Shown in pieces: positions 8,551 to 16,671 of a stretch of 64,000 bases of DNA. Under the pieces are notes generated by a model. That model was not told the origin of the DNA. It worked only from the letters and a program-made list of their open reading frames with translations, and made no database searches. Numbering within the stretch: position 1 is the stretch's first letter; each line of letters opens with the position of its first letter. Position numbers and translations under genes: made by a program. Location of the stretch: assembly GCA_902780635.1 (NCBI GenBank), contig CACZGH010000009.1, positions 23,557-87,556 of the forward strand, written 5' to 3'. This DNA comes from an uncultured Prevotellaceae bacterium (GTDB lineage Bacteria; Bacteroidota; Bacteroidia; Bacteroidales; Bacteroidaceae).

Positions 8551-11076
8551 ATGGAAGAGAACAAGACCACGCTGAGCGTGGAAAACGTTAGGGAACAGGA
8601 AGACAAATCATTCTTCAATTTCCGAACACTTTTTGAGACTTTTGTCTTAAACTGGCAATGGTTTGCGCTTTCACTGATCATCTGTCTGGGTCTTACTGCT
8701 ATCTATCTGCGGTATACCACTCCAAGATATCAGCAATACGCTAAGATCCTTATTAAAGATGAGGACAACCGAGGTGGCCGCAACAACTCCATCATGAACA
8801 TGACCAATCTGGGTTTGATCAGCAACACAGAGGGTATCGACAATGAGATGGAGATTCTATCGTCACACACCCTTGCAACTGACGTAGTAAAAGACCTCAA
8901 ACTCTATGTGACATACAGGATGAAAGGCCGTGTGAAAGACATGCTCTTGTATAAGAACCAGCCTGTGACCGTGGATATCGACGCCGACCATTTGGCAACT
9001 CTCTATTCACCCATCCGCCTTGAGATCACAAAAGAAAACAACACCTACAAGGTGACTGGTAGTTATTTCATCACTGACGAGGAAGGTGCATCTACTGGAC
9101 CTTATAGCATCAGCAAGTCATTTACCTCTCTTCCACAGATTATCAAGACAAGAGCAGGCAACATCTCATTTACTGCCGGCAACATCTCAAAACTGGGCGA
9201 GGGGAGCACCATGTATGCCACCATTTCTTCGCCTAACATCGCTTCTTATAAATATCAGAGAGCGTTCCGCGTCAGCCCTACCTCTAAAAATACGACCATC
9301 GTTCGTACGACGATCACCGATGAGATTCCACGTCGTGGTATCGACTACCTGAAACAGTTGGCAGTGTGCTACAACCGTCAGGCCAACGAGGACAAAAACG
9401 AAGTGGCTTATCGTACAGAAGATTTCATCAACTCCCGTCTTGAGAAGATCAACGCAGAGCTTGGCGAGACTGAAGGCAAACTCGAGGCTTACAAGAAGAG
9501 TCAGGGTATGACCGAGCTTCGTATGAGCGCACAGCAAGCTATGCAAGGAGCAGGAGAATACGACCAGCGTCTGGCCGAGGCCAACACGCAAGTAGCCCTT
9601 CTGAACAGTCTGACCGAATTTATGGATAAGAGCGACAACAAATATCAGACCCTTCCTTCCAACGTGGGTCTGAGCGATGCTACCGCTTCCAACCTTATCA
9701 ACAGGTATAATGAGATTGTGCTTCAACGCAACCGCCTGCTGAGAAGTGCCTCTGAAGAGAGCCCCTCTGTGGTGCCTCTGACCGCACAGCTCGACGACCT
9801 CACAGCCAGTATCAAGCGCGCCATGGCCCAGAGCCGCCACAACATGGAGATTCAGCGCAACTCTGTGCAGAATCAGTATGGCAAATACACCGGACAGATC
9901 TCTGCCACACCAGAGCAGGAGCGTATGCTGACTCAGATTGGACGCCAGCAGGAGGTTAGGTCTGGTCTTTACCTGATGCTTCTTCAGAAACGTGAGGAGA
10001 ACTCCATCTCTCTGGCTGCCACAGCCGACAAAGGCAAGCTGATTGAGGATCCCGAGTTTGGTGGACGCGTAAGTCCTGTGCCATCAGTGATTATTCCTAT
10101 CGCTCTCGTGATTGCTCTGCTGATTCCTGGTCTCGTCCTCTTCCTGCTCAAATTCTTCAGATATAAGATTGAGGGTCACGACGATGTGGCCAGCCTCACT
10201 CAGCTGCCCATCATCGCAGATGTGGCTGTTGCCAGTGAGCAAGCCAAGACAAAGGCTGACATCGTGGTGCATGAGAACAAGAACAACCAGATGGAGGAAA
10301 TTTTCCGTGCCATGCGTACCAACGTACAGTTTATGTTGCGCGAAGGTCAGAAGGTGATCATGTTCACCTCCACCACCTCTGGTGAGGGCAAGACGTTCAA
10401 CTGTGCCAACTTGGCCGTGAGTTTCGCCCTGTTAGGCAAGAAAGTGGTGCTGGTGGGTCTCGATATCCGTAAGCCACGTCTGGCTGAGCTCTTCGAGATT
10501 GACGACCACAAGCACGGTATCACCCCACTGCTCGCACAAGAGCACCCAAGTGAGGACGACGTGAAGGCACAGATTATTTCCTCAGGCGTCAACGGCAACC
10601 TCGACCTGTTGCTGGCCGGCCCTGTGCCCCCCAACCCATCTGAGTTGATCTCACGCAATTCCTTGGAGATTGTGATGCAAATTTTGAAAGACAACTACGA
10701 CTACGTGCTGATCGACACCGCACCTGTGGGTCTTGTGACGGATACACTGCAGGTGGGCCGCGTCACTGACGCCACCATCTATATGTGCCGCGCCGACTAC
10801 ACACCGAAGTCAAGTTTCGACCTGGTCAACTCGCTGAGCGCCGAGGGCAAACTCCCCAACATGGCCATCGTCATCAACGGTATCGACATGTCGAAGAAGA
10901 AGTATGGCTACTACTATGGCTATGGCAAGTATGGCAAATACAGCCGTTACACCAGCTATGGCAAGTATGGCAACTATGGTTCGTCTTATGGCGGTTCATA
11001 CGGTCACTATGGCTCGTATGGCAACTACAGCAACAGCCACTATGGCAATAAAGACGACAACTCAATCAAATTATAA
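8551..11076 (+). CDS. polysaccharide co-polymerase / tyrosine autokinase (Wzc/GumC-like, PCP-2a type)
   Basis: Has an N-terminal Wzz-like TM and coiled-coil periplasmic region and a second TM. The C-terminal P-loop kinase carries Walker A TSGEGKT and ends in a Tyr-rich tail. Confidence 0.85.
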   Translation: MEENKTTLSVENVREQEDKSFFNFRTLFETFVLNWQWFALSLIICLGLTAIYLRYTTPRYQQYAKILIKDEDNRGGRNNSIMNMTNLGLISNTEGIDNEMEILSSHTLATDVVKDLKLYVTYRMKGRVKDMLLYKNQPVTVDIDADHLATLYSPIRLEITKENNTYKVTGSYFITDEEGASTGPYSISKSFTSLPQIIKTRAGNISFTAGNISKLGEGSTMYATISSPNIASYKYQRAFRVSPTSKNTTIVRTTITDEIPRRGIDYLKQLAVCYNRQANEDKNEVAYRTEDFINSRLEKINAELGETEGKLEAYKKSQGMTELRMSAQQAMQGAGEYDQRLAEANTQVALLNSLTEFMDKSDNKYQTLPSNVGLSDATASNLINRYNEIVLQRNRLLRSASEESPSVVPLTAQLDDLTASIKRAMAQSRHNMEIQRNSVQNQYGKYTGQISATPEQERMLTQIGRQQEVRSGLYLMLLQKREENSISLAATADKGKLIEDPEFGGRVSPVPSVIIPIALVIALLIPGLVLFLLKFFRYKIEGHDDVASLTQLPIIADVAVASEQAKTKADIVVHENKNNQMEEIFRAMRTNVQFMLREGQKVIMFTSTTSGEGKTFNCANLAVSFALLGKKVVLVGLDIRKPRLAELFEIDDHKHGITPLLAQEHPSEDDVKAQIISSGVNGNLDLLLAGPVPPNPSELISRNSLEIVMQILKDNYDYVLIDTAPVGLVTDTLQVGRVTDATIYMCRADYTPKSSFDLVNSLSAEGKLPNMAIVINGIDMSKKKYGYYYGYGKYGKYSRYTSYGKYGNYGSSYGGSYGHYGSYGNYSNSHYGNKDDNSIKL

Positions 11077-11094
11077 ATCGTCATCATACATTAT

Positions 11095-11129
11095 CCACAT
11101 CCCTCTGCTCAGAGGGATGTGGGTTTTTT
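11095..11129 (+). terminator. intrinsic terminator after the Wzc-like gene
   Basis: A 12-bp perfect stem pairs CCACATCCCTCT with AGAGGGATGTGG, has a 4-nt loop, and is followed by TTTTTT. Confidence 0.8.
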
Positions 11130-11161
11130 AGTCATATCCTAATTATCTCATCCTATCAATC

Positions 11162-11593
11162 ATGGTTATAGCCGTAGACTTTGACGGTACAATCGTCGAG
11201 AACAGATACCCCGAAATCGGACCAGAAATTGCTTTTGCCACCGAAACCCTGAAAATGCTGATAGCCGACCGCCACAAAGTGATTCTGTGGACAGTAAGGG
11301 AAGGCAAACAGTTGGAAGAGGCCGTAGAATGGTGCAAAAAACGCGGTGTGGAGTTTTATGCTGTCAACAGGGACTACCCTGAGGAGACAGTAGAGTCTAA
11401 CAATCATTTCTCCCGCAAAATCAAAGCCGAAATTTGGATAGACGACAAAAATGTTGGCGAGTTGCCTGACTGGGGAACGATTTACCAAATGATCAAAGAG
11501 CGGAATACATTCAGGAAAATGATAGACGAAGCCAAAAAGACTACACTCCGTGATCATGCCGCACCAAAGCGGAAACACTGGTGGAGCAGATAA
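11162..11593 (+). CDS. HAD-superfamily hydrolase-like protein
   Basis: The N-terminal DFDGT motif (VIAVDFDGTIV) is typical of HAD phosphatases. The protein is 143 aa. Confidence 0.6.
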   Translation: MVIAVDFDGTIVENRYPEIGPEIAFATETLKMLIADRHKVILWTVREGKQLEEAVEWCKKRGVEFYAVNRDYPEETVESNNHFSRKIKAEIWIDDKNVGELPDWGTIYQMIKERNTFRKMIDEAKKTTLRDHAAPKRKHWWSR

Positions 11594-11708
11594 GCATTAT
11601 AGACAGCGGGCAGTTTTGTCCGCTGTTTATGGTTGAGCACAAATTCCACCTGATAAAAACATCAACTACACCTTTGCGCCTCCAACCTTGGCCTCATCTT
11701 TTACTTCA

Positions 11709-11750
11709 GCCTTTAATCTTTAATTTTTAATCTTTAGCCTTCTTACCTTA
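11709..11750. repeat. 7-nt-period tandem repeat (CTTTAAT/TTTTAAT type)
   Basis: Read directly: cctttaatctttaatttttaatctttagccttcttacctta. Confidence 0.7.
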
Positions 11751-11913
11751 ATAATAATATTTTACAAAACAAAGGTACAAGGATTTATTCTCGATAATTG
11801 TTCTTTCCTTTAGATAACCATTTCACACCATGACAATTAAACTGATGTGAAGTATTTTAAAACCATTTTTGCAAAAAAACCACAATATATTTTTTTATCA
11901 CGTCAAAAACTTG

Positions 11914-11921
11914 TATATTTG
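11914..11921 (+). promoter_or_regulatory. -7 promoter motif TATATTTG upstream of the HU gene
   Basis: Matches TAnnTTTG, 53 nt before ATG 11974. Confidence 0.5.
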
Positions 11922-11973
11922 CAAACCATTATGACCAAAAAGTAAAAATTAATAACAATAAAAACAAAAAGAA

Positions 11974-12279
11974 ATGACCAAAGCAGATATTATCAACAAG
12001 ATTTCCATGGCCACTGGGCTTCCTAAGAAAGATGTAGCAGCTACCGTAGAGGCATTTATGGACACTATCAAGAGCAGCCTTCTTGAAAAAGAAAATGTAT
12101 ATCTGAGAGGTTTTGGTAGCTTCATCGTGAAGCACCGCGCTGAGAAAACCGCACGCAACATCTCCAAGAACACCACGATTGTGATTGGTGCTCACGACTT
12201 CCCCAGCTTCAAGCCCGCCAAGAGTTTTGTTGGTAAAATGAAAGGTGAGGATGTAGCCGACGATGACATCAATGAATAG
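11974..12279 (+). CDS. HU/IHF-family DNA-binding protein
   Basis: MTKADIINKIS...VYLRGFGSFIVKHRAEKTARNISKNT matches the HU fold signature (RGFGSF). Confidence 0.9.
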   Translation: MTKADIINKISMATGLPKKDVAATVEAFMDTIKSSLLEKENVYLRGFGSFIVKHRAEKTARNISKNTTIVIGAHDFPSFKPAKSFVGKMKGEDVADDDINE

Positions 12280-12321
12280 ACAATGAATTGTAAAAATATA
12301 AATCTTTTCAATTATTAAATT

Positions 12322-12411
12322 ATGCCAAACGGAAAAAAGAAAAAAGGCCACAAGATGGCTACTCACAAAAGAAAGAAGAGACTAAGAAAGAACAGACATA
12401 AGAGCAAGTAA
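12322..12411 (+). CDS. 29-aa Lys/Arg-rich micro-protein, bS22 / AURKAIP1-COX24-like
   Basis: ATG 12322 to TAA 12409-12411 encodes MPNGKKKKGHKMATHKRKKRLRKNRHKSK. It is too short for the ORF track. The HK-x-ATHKRKKR...NRHK pattern matches the ~30-aa basic proteins conserved in Bacteroidota. Confidence 0.6.
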   Translation: MPNGKKKKGHKMATHKRKKRLRKNRHKSK

Positions 12412-12447
12412 GCATCTGACCCAACGCTCCAGTCTATTCGGCTGAAA

Positions 12448-12497
12448 GGCATGTCATCAATCATCCTTGGAGGATGTCTTGACATGCCGCATTTTTA
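12448..12497 (+). terminator. two-tier hairpin plus T5 between the micro-ORF and rng
   Basis: The outer 9-bp stem pairs GGCATGTCA with TGACATGCC and the inner 5-bp stem pairs CATCC with GGATG. CGCATTTTT follows, ending 19 nt before the rng ATG. Confidence 0.6.
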
Positions 12498-12515
12498 AAT
12501 TCAAGGTTTTAAGAA

Positions 12516-14090
12516 ATGACCAGCGAAGTAGTAATTGATGTCAGAGCAAAAGAGATATCGATAGCACTGCTGGAGGACAAAAATCTGGTAGAATATCAGA
12601 ACGAGACTCGCTCGGCATCATTTTCAGTAGGCAACATCTACATAGCAAAGGTTAAAAAACTAATGCCCGGGCTCAATGCCTGCTTTGTGGATGTTGGATT
12701 CGAACGCGACGCCTTTCTTCATTATCTTGACATTGGCAGCCAATTTAACTCTTATGCGAAATACCTAAAACAGGTACAAAGCGACAGAAAGAAACTTTAT
12801 CCCATTTCTAAAGCGACAAGGCAGCCGGACATCAAAAAGGACGGCAGCATAGCGACCCTCCTCACCATAGGCCAGGAAATACTCGTACAGATTGTAAAAG
12901 AGCCTATATCGACCAAGGGTCCCCGATTAACAGGTGAACTGAGCTTTGCAGGCAGATACCTGGTGCTCATTCCCTTCAACGATAAAGTTTCTGTATCTTC
13001 TAAAATCAAAAGCGGAGAAGAACGCGCACGCCTCAAGCAGTTGATACAAAGCATCAAACCTAAAAACTTTGGAGTCATTGTACGTACTGTTGCAGAGGGC
13101 AAGCGAGTGGCAGAGCTCGACACCGAACTCAAGATTCTTCTCAAGCGATGGGATGATGCCATCAGCAAAGTGCAGAAAACACAGGCACGCCCGCAGATGG
13201 TGTTTGAGGAAACGGGAAGAGCAGTGGCTCTGTTACGCGATTTGTTCAACCCCTCTTATGAAAATATCTACGTCAACGACGAGGAGGTGTTCAAGGAGGT
13301 CAAAGACTATGTCACACTGATAGCCCCTGAAAAGGCGGACATAGTGAAACAATACAAAGGCAGCGTACCCATTTTTGACAACTTTAACATCACCAAACAG
13401 ATTAAGTCAAGTTTTGGCAAGACCGTGAATTACAAGCACGGCGCCTACTTGATCATCGAGCACACAGAGGCCCTTCATGTAGTGGATGTGAACAGTGGCA
13501 ACCGCACACGTTCTACCAACGGACAGGAGGCCAATGCGCTCGACGTGAACCTCGGTGCGGCAGACGAACTGGCTCGGCAGCTGCGTCTACGCGATATGGG
13601 CGGCATCATCGTTGTCGACTTTATCGATATGAATCTTGCAGAAGACCGTCAGTTACTCTATGAGCGCATGTGTAAGAACATGCAGAAAGACCGCGCCCGT
13701 CACAACATCCTCCCATTAAGCAAATTCGGTTTGATGCAGATCACACGTCAGCGGGTACGCCCCGCCATGGACGTGAGTGTCGAAGAGACGTGTCCCACTT
13801 GTTTTGGTAAAGGAAAGATTCGTTCAAGCATTCTTTTCACCGACCAGTTGGAGAGTAAGATTGACCACCTTGTCAATAAGATTGGCGTAAAGACCTTTTA
13901 TCTGCACGTGCATCCCTATGTTGCGGCATACATCAATCAGGGCATGATATCCTTGAAACGTAAGTGGCAATTCAGATACGGACTTGGCGTGCATGTGATT
14001 TCTTCTCAGAAGATGGCATTTTTGCAGTATGAGTTCTACGACTCCAAACGGCAGTTCATCGATATGAAAGAAGAAATTGAGACCAAATAG
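12516..14090 (+). CDS. rng: ribonuclease E/G family endoribonuclease
   Basis: 524 aa with an S1-like N-terminus and a catalytic core (VVDVNSG, IIVVDFIDM), which is the RNase G size class. Confidence 0.88.
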   Translation: MTSEVVIDVRAKEISIALLEDKNLVEYQNETRSASFSVGNIYIAKVKKLMPGLNACFVDVGFERDAFLHYLDIGSQFNSYAKYLKQVQSDRKKLYPISKATRQPDIKKDGSIATLLTIGQEILVQIVKEPISTKGPRLTGELSFAGRYLVLIPFNDKVSVSSKIKSGEERARLKQLIQSIKPKNFGVIVRTVAEGKRVAELDTELKILLKRWDDAISKVQKTQARPQMVFEETGRAVALLRDLFNPSYENIYVNDEEVFKEVKDYVTLIAPEKADIVKQYKGSVPIFDNFNITKQIKSSFGKTVNYKHGAYLIIEHTEALHVVDVNSGNRTRSTNGQEANALDVNLGAADELARQLRLRDMGGIIVVDFIDMNLAEDRQLLYERMCKNMQKDRARHNILPLSKFGLMQITRQRVRPAMDVSVEETCPTCFGKGKIRSSILFTDQLESKIDHLVNKIGVKTFYLHVHPYVAAYINQGMISLKRKWQFRYGLGVHVISSQKMAFLQYEFYDSKRQFIDMKEEIETK

Positions 14091-14091
14091 T

Positions 14092-14131
14092 CAGAGAGGC
14101 ATGGAAATAGATCCATGCCTCTCTGTTTTTT
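14092..14131 (+). terminator. intrinsic terminator after rng
   Basis: A 14-bp perfect stem pairs CAGAGAGGCATGGA with TCCATGCCTCTCTG, has a 6-nt loop, and is followed by TTTTTT. Confidence 0.85.
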
Positions 14132-16155
14132 CATCTGACGATGTGTTTCCTCCCACGAGCCACATAGACTCCCTTTCTGAGTCCTTCTGTTGTCCTGGCC
14201 TGTGTCCTGACCTTCTTGCCACTCAGATCAAAAATTGGTGTGGGTATGCTCTCATGGACTGACATCTGCTTGATGTCGTCAACTACCTTAAACTCCCTGG
14301 TCCTGCTTAGTCCATACTTTTTCCATCCTTTGGCAGTGGTATATTTAAACAGCGTGCCTTGTGGCACATATAGGTGACGGAGGGAGATGTCAAGGTCATC
14401 GACCGCAGTAGGGTCAATGCGGGGTGGTTGAACTGAGAAAACATAAGTACGACAGAGGTCAAAACAGCGATTAAAAGCGTACTTTCCGATGGTGTCGACT
14501 GTCTCAGGCAGTGACAACCGTTCATACAAGAATCGCCCGGCAAAGGCCTCATCATGTATCCATGTGACACCTTTTGGCACCTCGTAGCGTACACTGGCCG
14601 TGGGCAGGGCCTCTATCAGTTCGGTTCTCTCCTTGTTGAGCACAAAGCATCCGTCTATGACAAAATCACTCTCATCAGAAGAAGACAATGCCACACTGTC
14701 AAGGTTATTGCAGCCAGCGAATACGCCTGTATTGTAATGTTTTAGTCGCTCTGGCAGCACCACATTAATGAGTTTTGTACAACCCGCAAAGGCCTTATAT
14801 GGCATTTCATCCCCCTCTGTCGTATATTCTTGATCGCCTTCTATAAGATAGGCCTCACCACCTTTTACAATGGAGGCCTCACTCATGTCAAGTACCGAAA
14901 GATTGCCCATGGTGCCTTTTCCCGTGACACTGCATCCGGCCATACTCCTGATGGTTTTCAGGTCGGTGCTGTTGACAGTCCCGCTCACTTTTAGGCAAAT
15001 GACTTCATTCCGGCGCCCCCCAAGCAGTTGTTCCAGCGTGCCAGGTGTCTCCACGTCGATGGACACGGTATCGGCTTTCAACGATGCTGTGTCCGCTCTG
15101 ACGATCATGTTTTGATAGGAATTGAAATCATAGATGCCCCAATACAACAGGAGGGATGACAGGTCGAAATAGCCGTCTTCTTCTCCACTCCACCCCCAGT
15201 TGATATAAACTCTACCGGCGCTGTCATACCCATGAAGCACGAATTCGTGCCCCGTATAACTATCATCTGAGCCGCCATAGATAAGCGGATGACCATTGCT
15301 GAGGGCCTCGAAGATCATCTCCATCCACTCCTTTGTGGTGTAGTTGTCTTTGTCAATAGTCACAGCATAGGGATAACCCAGATGATTGCGCAGTCCGTAA
15401 GCGAGGGGTTCATTATAGGATCCTGTGCCCTCATCTTCATATTGAGCCTTCATCGCAAGCCCCACATGATACATGAGCGTGGCCACTGCATGCTTCTGCG
15501 CCGTGGAGGCCGACCAAGCATAGTTGTCGATCATTTGGTCATACTCATACTCCACACCCTCTATATTCTCCTCCAGTCGCAGGCCATCAAAATCACCGAA
15601 AGGGAAGTAGGTATAAACAGTGCCCTCACCATACCGTGGCCACTCGTTAAACCTAAGCACCTGTGCTGCGGCAGTGGCCACACATCCCGTCGGACTGTTA
15701 TACGGACATAAAAGATTGTAGGGATTGCCCTGGTCCCATTTCGTCTTGACCATCGGTTTCACGTTGGGAGCAAACCGCGTAGTGTCAGGACGGATGGCAC
15801 GTATAGGCACATTGGCGGGCTGGCTCACCATTTCCTCCACCTTAGAGAGCCACCACCTGAAATTCTGATTGTCCGTGTTCGAATGGAAGGGGGTGTCTGA
15901 ATAGCCAAGCACTTCAGGGAAGTGGTCATCTTCAGCCATGACAGCAAAGCTGCTGTTCTCATACCCCATCACCACCAAGCCATTGCACTTTCGCAGCACC
16001 TTGATGAGGCCTTGTGCCTGACGCACTCCACTAGAAGTCTGCCGGCCCAGTACCTGAGCCGCAGCCTGTTTCATCTCATCCATGGTCCTGGGTCTGGCAT
16101 GGGCAGCAACCGACACGATCAGCACCAACAGTAACGTCAAGAAGTGTTTGTTCAT
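14131..16155 (-). CDS. C10-family (streptopain-like) cysteine peptidase with leucine-rich-repeat region and T9SS C-terminal sorting domain
   Basis: Has a signal peptide, a catalytic Cys context (PTGCVATAAAQV) and a His context (GHEFVLHGYD...INWGWSG). BspA-type LRRs follow (AFAGCTKLINVVLPERL..., FAGCNNLDSVAL), then a C-terminal IFDLSGKKV...GVYVARGRKHIV. Confidence 0.8.
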   Translation of the reverse strand: MNKHFLTLLLVLIVSVAAHARPRTMDEMKQAAAQVLGRQTSSGVRQAQGLIKVLRKCNGLVVMGYENSSFAVMAEDDHFPEVLGYSDTPFHSNTDNQNFRWWLSKVEEMVSQPANVPIRAIRPDTTRFAPNVKPMVKTKWDQGNPYNLLCPYNSPTGCVATAAAQVLRFNEWPRYGEGTVYTYFPFGDFDGLRLEENIEGVEYEYDQMIDNYAWSASTAQKHAVATLMYHVGLAMKAQYEDEGTGSYNEPLAYGLRNHLGYPYAVTIDKDNYTTKEWMEMIFEALSNGHPLIYGGSDDSYTGHEFVLHGYDSAGRVYINWGWSGEEDGYFDLSSLLLYWGIYDFNSYQNMIVRADTASLKADTVSIDVETPGTLEQLLGGRRNEVICLKVSGTVNSTDLKTIRSMAGCSVTGKGTMGNLSVLDMSEASIVKGGEAYLIEGDQEYTTEGDEMPYKAFAGCTKLINVVLPERLKHYNTGVFAGCNNLDSVALSSSDESDFVIDGCFVLNKERTELIEALPTASVRYEVPKGVTWIHDEAFAGRFLYERLSLPETVDTIGKYAFNRCFDLCRTYVFSVQPPRIDPTAVDDLDISLRHLYVPQGTLFKYTTAKGWKKYGLSRTREFKVVDDIKQMSVHESIPTPIFDLSGKKVRTQARTTEGLRKGVYVARGRKHIVR

Positions 16156-16184
16156 TTCCGAAAAATGGTCTTCATCAACCTCTA

Positions 16185-16649
16185 TTATTGCACCACTTTG
16201 TACCTGATACGGAAAGAGCGGGCATGCTCATCCCAGTTGGTGCCAAGAATTTCAAAGCGACCAATCTGAGAGGTGCTACGCACATGCTTCCCAATACAGG
16301 GACAGACATCATAGTCACCGATACGCACCAACCGTATCATCTCCGAGGCATCATCGGGCAACCGGTCGAGGCTCACCTCATCGGGGATATGGTGGCGGTC
16401 TACAAACTCAAAAGTGACGGGCATGTCCTCATTGATCAACTCGTTCATGCGCCGCTCTATCTCTCGTTCGGCTTTTCTGTCTGGTTTAGAGTCAAGGATG
16501 TATGTGATCTTGCTCTTCTTGCGCTCGATGTGCGCATTGTTCGACCTGGCACAGCCAAACATACGTATCATCGTCTGGTTGAGCAGATGTTCCGCCGTGT
16601 GTGCAGGAGGAAACTCATCCTTGTTGTGTTCGTTCAAGATAGGATCCAT
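16185..16649 (-). CDS. AlaX-type tRNA trans-editing domain protein (tRNA_SAD)
   Basis: Zinc-binding motifs HTAEH and CPCIGKH in a 154-aa protein. Confidence 0.7.
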   Translation of the reverse strand: MDPILNEHNKDEFPPAHTAEHLLNQTMIRMFGCARSNNAHIERKKSKITYILDSKPDRKAEREIERRMNELINEDMPVTFEFVDRHHIPDEVSLDRLPDDASEMIRLVRIGDYDVCPCIGKHVRSTSQIGRFEILGTNWDEHARSFRIRYKVVQ

Positions 16650-16671
16650 AGTCTATAGGCTGAAAACATGT

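Noticed and set aside
10785-11131. Three 63-88-aa ORFs in alternative frames and strands over the 3' end of the Wzc-like gene.
   Set aside because: They are artefacts of the repetitive TAT-GGC coding sequence of the Tyr-Gly tail.
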